Part shown: piece after piece, positions 56,472 to 62,367 of the stretch | Position numbering within the stretch: the first letter of the stretch is position 1 | Layout: every line of letters begins with the position of its first letter | Assembly: GCA_965116435.1 (NCBI GenBank) | Contig: OZ220686.1 | Span: forward strand, 1,594,844-1,658,843 | Length of the DNA: 64,000 nucleotides | Source: Rhodothermales bacterium | GTDB lineage: Bacteria > Bacteroidota > Rhodothermia > Rhodothermales > VXPQ01 | Direction: 5' to 3' | Notes under the pieces: model-generated | The model's database searches: none | Seen by the model: the letters and a program-made list of their open reading frames with translations, nothing else | Told to the model about the DNA's origin: nothing | Program-made: the position numbers and the translations under genes

Positions 56472-56585
56472 GGTGGTTCGGCTTCGTCGGGCAGCGTTTC
56501 CGGGTTTTAAGATGTAGAATTGCGATCTTGTCCCAATCCAACCAACCCAGAGAAAACTTCCCATGCCCACATTCAAAATCAAGAA
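56472..56585 (+). mobile_element. Solo copy of a nested IS junction: ~42 nt of an IS5-like 3' end plus an IS3-family left end. It extends through the transposase RBS/ATG and now forms the 5' region of the restriction gene
   Basis: About 90% identical over ~91 nt to the reverse complement of 60372-60462. Both copies run into an ATG at the same offset (56563 vs 60371). Confidence 0.75.
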
Positions 56586-57144
56586 CGCGGAACTCGCCGA
56601 GGCTGTGTCGCAGAAACAGCCTGATTTCCCCAAGTATACATCTCAGATTATCAACCTCGCCAACCAGAATGCTCAAGGTACGCGCCCCCGGGTTGTCGGC
56701 CAGATGACCGAGTTGTTTCAGGAGTTCGGGGGCAAAAGATATGAGGAATGGGATGCTTGGTACAGAAGCCAAAAACCCGAAGCCCTGGACGATGCAACAG
56801 ATCGAATCTATCCGATGGTGGAAAAATTGCGCACCGCTATACAGCAAATCGACAAAAGCATGGTGCGTGAGTGGGTTGAAGACCTTGTGCTCGTAAAGAC
56901 CTTTGTCGGCCTGTGCTTTCAGGAAGCAATCCTGGCAAGGGTTGCCCAACACAAGGAAACCAATTACCGGCTGGCAACGCCCTCAGAGGAATCGCAGGGA
57001 ATCGATGGCTTCATCGGCGAGACAGCGGTTTCCATCAAACCGTCAACATATGCGGTCAAGGACATGCTGCCCGAAGAGATACAGGGCGAAGTGATATTTT
57101 ATGAAAAGAAAAAGAGTGGACTTGCTGTGTCTTTCGATTTTTAG
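56563..57144 (+). CDS. Putative type II restriction endonuclease, PD-(D/E)xK-like (possibly MjaI-like family)
   Basis: Flanked by two methyltransferase genes, convergent with the second one with only a 4-nt gap. Candidate catalytic pattern E-x3-GIDGF-x3-E-x3-VSIKP. The MjaI-family idea is from memory only. Confidence 0.5.
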   Translation: MPTFKIKNAELAEAVSQKQPDFPKYTSQIINLANQNAQGTRPRVVGQMTELFQEFGGKRYEEWDAWYRSQKPEALDDATDRIYPMVEKLRTAIQQIDKSMVREWVEDLVLVKTFVGLCFQEAILARVAQHKETNYRLATPSEESQGIDGFIGETAVSIKPSTYAVKDMLPEEIQGEVIFYEKKKSGLAVSFDF

Positions 57145-57148
57145 CCAT

Positions 57149-58300
57149 CTACAGCGGTAACCGCACCTGCGCACTCTGCTTTACCGGCAGCGTACGCACC
57201 GCCCGAGGCGGGTCGAACCGAATGTCGGCGGGCGGCGTAGCGGACCGGACCTCGGCGGCGTACTGCGCCTGGACGGTCAGGCCGTCGGTTGCAGACACAA
57301 TGTCTACGTCCGATATGTCATCGAATAACAGGTCCTGCTCCTGCGCGGTCATGACTGGAAATCCGTAATGGCGATGCACGTATTTTGGCGGGCCGTGCTC
57401 TGCCGTGCGCAGGCGAACCCAGTCTTCGTGCTGCGCCAACCGACGCCGATTGTATTCGGCGGCGATACGCGGCGCGGACTCCAGAAAAGCCTGCCCGACA
57501 GGTATTAATGTGTCGTCGATCTCGACGCCAATGGAATTGCGCCTCGACGCCAGCGCCGCCGCCAATGTCGTTGCGGTCCCTGCAAACGGGTCCAGCACCA
57601 CATCTCCCTTGATGGAAAACATGCAAATGAGTCGATAGGCCAGCTCGAACGGGAATGCCCCGCTACGCTGCCGGGTCGCCTTGTCGGTCAGGCGTTGGGC
57701 GGTTCCCTTGACGTCGAACCATACATCGGAGAACCAGACGTTGCGCTCCTCCCAAAAGAAAGCGCTTGCCCGGCGGCGGGCTTTCTCGGCAGCCGTATCG
57801 AATCTTCTCCGCTTGCCTTTTCGCAGGACCAGGATGTATTCGTGTTCGTAGGTCACGTACGCCCCTACAGGCAACATCCCGGACCCCATGAACTTGTTGG
57901 GTGCGTTGGTCTGCTTGCGCCAGAGTATATCGGGCAATGCGGCGAATCCGCGCTCCAGGAAGCAACTCAGGATTCGGGAATGATTGGAATACAGTTGAAA
58001 ATCGCCGTTCAAGGTCCGGGTCGCATCGCCGATATTGATGCAGGCCAGGCCGCCCGGCTTCAAGACCCGACTGCATTCCCCCCAGACCGTGTCGAGCAAT
58101 TGGTGCATGAGGTCGAAGGCGGCGCGCCCCTCCTCTTGCGCCAGCCGGTCGCCGATACGCCCGTCCTGCGCAATGAATATATCGTCCCACATGGCCACCA
58201 TCGGATACGGCGGCGAGGTAACGATCAAGTCAACCGACGCATCCGTGACCTGCCCCATCGACCGCGCCGAACCGCATATCAGTCTGGAAGTTGTTTCCAT
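57149..58300 (-). CDS. Beta-class DNA methyltransferase with canonical SPPY motif (m4C- or m6A-forming)
   Basis: VDLIVTSPPYPMV (motif IV) precedes VVLDPFAGTATTLAAA (motif I). Start at METTSRLICG (58300). Confidence 0.85.
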   Translation of the reverse strand: METTSRLICGSARSMGQVTDASVDLIVTSPPYPMVAMWDDIFIAQDGRIGDRLAQEEGRAAFDLMHQLLDTVWGECSRVLKPGGLACINIGDATRTLNGDFQLYSNHSRILSCFLERGFAALPDILWRKQTNAPNKFMGSGMLPVGAYVTYEHEYILVLRKGKRRRFDTAAEKARRRASAFFWEERNVWFSDVWFDVKGTAQRLTDKATRQRSGAFPFELAYRLICMFSIKGDVVLDPFAGTATTLAAALASRRNSIGVEIDDTLIPVGQAFLESAPRIAAEYNRRRLAQHEDWVRLRTAEHGPPKYVHRHYGFPVMTAQEQDLLFDDISDVDIVSATDGLTVQAQYAAEVRSATPPADIRFDPPRAVRTLPVKQSAQVRLPL

Positions 58301-58636
58301 GCCATTCCTCTCTTGAAAGTACACCGAACACAGCCTGCCCGCACACCGCCCCACGGCAAGGAATGTACTGAATACAGCGGTTCATTGGCCCAGATATTTT
58401 CGCCGATCCTCCATGAAAATGCACCCTGTTGCCCAGGACGTGACTCGTTTGGCGCGGGCGCAGGGCATTTATTCGTGCGGTCGCAGGACCTTATTCGTAC
58501 GGGCCGCTGTTTTTCGGCCGACTTGCTTTCAGAGATTTGGTTGATTTATGGGACAGGGGGGCGTCTATCCCGTATTTTTGGTCATTTTAGCGTATAATTT
58601 CCCCACCAAAGGCCTTTTATAACGAGTTTTTTCACA

Positions 58637-58743
58637 TCCATTCACCACCTTAAATAACTTAGGTGCGAGAATTTGAAGGTTAAAAAATTAAGGCTGCGGC
58701 TGCTGGGCTTAGGGAAGAGGCGGTCTGGGGATATTGCCCGGCA
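58637..58743 (+). repeat. ~110-125-bp direct repeat, copy B
   Basis: tccattcaccaccttaaataacttaggtgcgagaatttgaaggttaaaaaattaaggc...ggtctgg..attgcccggc. Same orientation as copy A, about 2.3 kb away. Confidence 0.8.
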
Positions 58744-58767
58744 ACGAGATTATCCCAACCTGAAAAG

Positions 58768-59430
58768 TCATGGAGTAACCCAATGTTCCATCAGGAAGTC
58801 GGCGAACAGTTCGCACCCCTTTTTTCCTCCGTATGCTTTTGCGGTCCTGTTCCACCACGTAGTATTCGGATGCGGCGCATCCTCGTACGGAACACCGAAT
58901 TCGTCAACCACGCCCTGGCCGCCATTCCAAAAGGCAAGCTTGGATATAAAGAGGACAAGTTCGGGTGCATGCTCGCTGATAACCCAGCGAAGCACCTCCT
59001 CGGATATTACGCGATCCTGTTGCGTAACATAGTTTGTCATGCCGCCACCTGTCTTTGGCGCGGGAATCATAAAATAGTTGCAGAACGCAACGTGATCGAA
59101 AACGCATTGCCCTCCCAAAGTCAAGCCCTTTTTCTCGCTCACGTACGTTATTTGTTCGGCCATTTTACCCCATAGAAACCGAGGATCGCACTCTTCGCAA
59201 CCGTTCTCCCTTACACATTCCTGTGTGTTTATCCAACTACGTTCTTTGCACGTAAGGTCGTTCTCACTCTTATTGTACCATGCTTCACGGTCAAGTTGGA
59301 TAGTCGATTCCTTTGGCATATAGTGGCTTTCGCCGACTATCAGAAGCCGTTTGTGGCGATTGTCCGCATAGGCATCGCCTACCCACGGCATCAGGCAAGG
59401 GAAACGTTCAAGATGATTTGGCTTTTTCAT
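58768..59430 (-). CDS. Hypothetical protein, possibly uracil-DNA-glycosylase-superfamily fold
   Basis: KRLLIVGESHY (like UDG motif A G-[EQ]-x-P-[GY]) and, about 146 aa later, DAPHPNT (like motif B HP[SN]). Low GC. No firm family recognition. Confidence 0.35.
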   Translation of the reverse strand: MKKPNHLERFPCLMPWVGDAYADNRHKRLLIVGESHYMPKESTIQLDREAWYNKSENDLTCKERSWINTQECVRENGCEECDPRFLWGKMAEQITYVSEKKGLTLGGQCVFDHVAFCNYFMIPAPKTGGGMTNYVTQQDRVISEEVLRWVISEHAPELVLFISKLAFWNGGQGVVDEFGVPYEDAPHPNTTWWNRTAKAYGGKKGCELFADFLMEHWVTP

Positions 59431-59558
59431 GGGTTCAGGGGTTTGAAATTCAAGGGAAGGAAGAAATGATCTGGAAAATTCGGACAGGTCGTTTATCTGT
59501 AGGGTTGCGCTGGGTCATGCCGTCTCCGGCAGCCATCTTTGTGATATAAATTGCTTAT

Positions 59559-59849
59559 CTATTCATGAGGATTTATGGCATTACTTATACTATGTGTAAA
59601 TTTCGCAATCACAGTTAACAAGGTTCCAAGGCCAGCCATCCATAGTTCCAGCACAGTAGGATCGGGAATTGCAAGAAATATAGCTGCTGTCACGAAGGCG
59701 AGTATCGCGAATCCACCCGAGATATAAGTTAAAAGACCCAGAACACCTCTGAGCAAGCCCCATATAAATTCGCCTCTTGTGACGATTATTGCCGTGATAA
59801 GGACAGCGCCTATAACAACGTATAGCACCATGTCATTCGAAATTTCCAT
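59559..59849 (-). CDS. Small membrane protein (96 aa, ~3 TM helices)
   Basis: Three hydrophobic stretches (LYVVIGAVLITAIIV, GLLTYISGGFAILAFVTAAIFLAI, LWMAGLGTLLTVIA). Very low GC (~35-40%) compared with the flanks. Confidence 0.5.
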   Translation of the reverse strand: MEISNDMVLYVVIGAVLITAIIVTRGEFIWGLLRGVLGLLTYISGGFAILAFVTAAIFLAIPDPTVLELWMAGLGTLLTVIAKFTHSISNAINPHE

Positions 59850-59865
59850 AGCTGTTCAGAAAAGT

Positions 59866-60462
59866 ATAGGGTTAGGAACGGTCCGATAAATTCGGACAAT
59901 TATCGCGGGTCGTTTCACCGGGTCACAACAGTGGCTTACACCGCATTCATACGTAATATACGCCGCCCGACATCAATTGTCAAGACCCTGATGCAATTTT
60001 TTCGTTGCAGTAGCGGATATAGGCGTCGATGCGCACTCGCACCTCGGCGACCACTTCGTACGCATACCAGTGGATATCCCCCTATTTTCAGGCTACACCA
60101 GAAGCGTTCCACATACATGCTGTCCAGCCAGCGCCCCTTGCCGTTCAGGAGATGCGAACGCCATGCGCCTCCTCATCTCCATCGGATTGGCCGGTGCGAT
60201 TTTGCCTGAACAATCACTTCAGGTTATCGACGGCTCCCTTTTGACTTTACTGGTTCGGATGCACTTGAAGCGGGCCGCGAGGGCTGCCAGCGTGCTGTCG
60301 CCCCGTAAGGCAACGAGGGCTACCTTCGCCTTGAAGGTGGGACTGTGGGTTCTACGGGTGCGTTTGGACATGGAATGTCGCTCTAGGTTGGTTGGATTGA
60401 AACAAGATCGCAATCCTACACCTTAAAATCCCGGAAACGCTGTCCGACGAATCCGAACCACC
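59866..60462 (-). mobile_element. Internally deleted IS3-family element remnant (orfA N-terminus plus orfB C-terminus, both disrupted) with its left-end junction
   Basis: orfA fragment MSKRTRRTHSPTFKAKVALVALRGDSTLAALAARF then VHPNQ out of frame (60371 downwards). orfB tail ..GRWLDSMYVERFWCSLK.. and, in shifted frames, ..AYEVVAEVRVRIDAYIRYCNEKKLHQGL... Only ~600 bp versus the ~1.2-1.5 kb typical of IS3 elements. Confidence 0.75.
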
Positions 60463-60604
60463 TCTCAACGGCGGCAGTGTGGGATCGCGTGGAGGAGACA
60501 TAGACAAGTCGGATGCTCTCGACTGACGGGAACCCATCGGTGCGGCGGGTTTTGGCAACAGTAGGCATGGGGTCAGCGCCGAACAACTTCGCCGCAGGGA
60601 TCAA
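60463..60604 (-). mobile_element. Fragment of an IS5-family-like transposase C-terminus into which the IS3-like element is inserted
   Basis: ..IRLVYVSSTRSHTAAVERWFGFVGQRFR.. resembles the YxxRxxVERxFxxLKxxRR tail of IS5-family transposases. No intact ORF. Confidence 0.35.
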
Positions 60605-60662
60605 GGCACCTGTGGAGCAGGGGTGAAAAAATTTTGCTTCATATATTTTTCATAGAAACTGA

Positions 60663-60673
60663 GGGGGGGGGGG
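60663..60673. repeat. Homopolymer G11 about 190 nt upstream of rmuC, inside the IS debris
   Basis: gaaactga-ggggggggggg-ctacatt. Confidence 0.9.
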
Positions 60674-60718
60674 CTACATTATCCAGCAAGGGGTTGTTTA
60701 TGGGAGCTGGCAATGCTC

Positions 60719-60790
60719 CATCGCAATCCTGCACTTGAACGACCTTTTCGAATTTATCGGACCGTTGTCGCTATACTACAGGCAAAAGCT
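60719..60790 (+). mobile_element. Additional solo IS-end fragments: an IRL-tip-like catcgcaatcctgca followed by an inverted copy of the IS right-end region
   Basis: cgaatttatcggaccgtt is the exact reverse complement of aacggtccgataaattcg at 59879-59896. The flanking gaacgacc and ctatact also match. A further short fragment sits at 59476-59512 (aaattcggacaggtcgttt...tgtagggttgcg). Confidence 0.6.
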
Positions 60791-60858
60791 GTTGCCGGAA
60801 ACAGCATCACCCACCCCACCTTTCGATAATAATCCCCATAAACCTTACCGATCAGAGC

Positions 60859-62145
60859 ATGGAACTCGTAGCAGGAATTATTGCCGGTCTCATCGTGGGC
60901 GGCGTTGCGCTCTATGCCCTTCTGCGGGGCCGCGTCGTTCGGCTGGAAACACAGTTGGGCGAGCGAGCAGAAGAACTCACGAAGGCCAAAGTCGAGATCG
61001 CCAAATACGAAAGCACCCAAGAGCAGCGCGAGAAGGATTTCGTAGCGCGTCGCGAGGAACTCGACACGCATTTCAAGGGGCTTGCCTCGGAGGTGCTCAA
61101 GTCGAGTACGGAGGAGTTTCGCAAGCAGGCCGCCGAACAGTTCAAGCAGCATCAGGCGCTGGCCGACAAGGACCTTAAGGCGCGCGAGACGGCGGTCGAA
61201 AATCTTGTCAAGCCGGTCCGCGAGAGCCTGAACGAGCTTCGGAAACACGTTGACAAATCCAACGAGGCTCGTAGCGCCGACACGGCCAAGGTCAGTGATG
61301 GCGTCGAGAAATTGATCGCCGAAACCAGTGGGCTGCGGAAAATCCTGCACAATCCCCAGTTGCGCGGGGAATGGGGTGAGCAACATCTTCGCAATGTGCT
61401 GGACGCGGCTGGCATGTCCAAGCATGTGGATTATTTGGAGCAGGCCCATCTGACCGGGGGCGGCGCAGGCCTGCGCCCGGATGTGGTGGTGCAAATTCCC
61501 GGCGGGGCTAAGGTGGTGATCGACGCCAAGACACCGTTCGACCGGTACAATGCGGCAATGCGCAGCGACGACGAGCAGGAGCAGAATAAATTATTCAAGG
61601 AGCACGCCGCGGCTCTTGTAGGGCACGCCAAGGCGCTTGCTGATCGGGATTATGCGCAGTGGATTGAGGGATCGCCCGATTTTGTGATGATGTACGTTCC
61701 CACGGACCCGATGCTTGATGCAGCCATCAACACCGACCCCACTATCTGGCAGGATACGTGGGAGCGCTACCGTGTACTGATTGCTACCCCGGGACTCCTT
61801 ATAGCATTTCTGAGAACCGTTGCGCTTGCCTGGCGGCAGCAAGATATCCAGAAGAATGCCCAAGAAATAGCGAAAGCTGCGGGAACACTGTACAGCCGCC
61901 TGCGCACCTATGCCTCCCATGTGGATAAAATGGGCCGTGGCTTGCGGCAGGCCGTTGGCGCATACAATGACGGCGTAGGTTCCTTCCAGTCACGGGTGCT
62001 GGTGCAGGCGCGTCTCTTTGAGGATCTCAGTGGTGCGGATGAATCCGGGCAGATTGGCGAAGTTGTTCCGGTTGACGAGGCTGTGCGGCAGGTGGAAGCA
62101 CCGGAGGTGCCGCTCGTCTCTGATGGCGAGGATGAAAGCGTATAA
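60859..62145 (+). CDS. rmuC: DNA recombination protein RmuC
   Basis: N-terminal TM helix, long coiled-coil, then the conserved RmuC nuclease-like core (..RPDVVVQIPGGAKVVIDAKTP...FVMMYVPTD...). 428 aa. Confidence 0.85.
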   Translation: MELVAGIIAGLIVGGVALYALLRGRVVRLETQLGERAEELTKAKVEIAKYESTQEQREKDFVARREELDTHFKGLASEVLKSSTEEFRKQAAEQFKQHQALADKDLKARETAVENLVKPVRESLNELRKHVDKSNEARSADTAKVSDGVEKLIAETSGLRKILHNPQLRGEWGEQHLRNVLDAAGMSKHVDYLEQAHLTGGGAGLRPDVVVQIPGGAKVVIDAKTPFDRYNAAMRSDDEQEQNKLFKEHAAALVGHAKALADRDYAQWIEGSPDFVMMYVPTDPMLDAAINTDPTIWQDTWERYRVLIATPGLLIAFLRTVALAWRQQDIQKNAQEIAKAAGTLYSRLRTYASHVDKMGRGLRQAVGAYNDGVGSFQSRVLVQARLFEDLSGADESGQIGEVVPVDEAVRQVEAPEVPLVSDGEDESV

Positions 62146-62367
62146 TGTGGGTTTTGGGCGTATTCATTAAAATTAGGCGGGCATTTTGTCTCCGTAGAGG
62201 ATGACAAACTGGTTGAGTGCGCGCTCCCACTTTTTGCCGCTTCGCGCAACACAAGCAATGGACCGGAAAACAAGCATTCATCCGAGTCCTGTGTGACAGG
62301 CGATGGTGCGTTTACGAACGGGGCCCGTCAAATGCTAAAGTCTTGATCGCACGTTGTCCAGCACTAT

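Noticed and set aside
58673-59032. 119-aa + strand ORF starting in repeat copy B
   Set aside because: It is antisense to the better-supported 58768-59430 gene and has implausible composition. An antisense transcript from a repeat-borne promoter remains conceivable but is unsupported.
60416-60604. 62-aa minus-strand ORF as a functional gene
   Set aside because: It looks like a C-terminal fragment of an IS5-family transposase truncated by the IS3-like insertion. There is no intact catalytic region.
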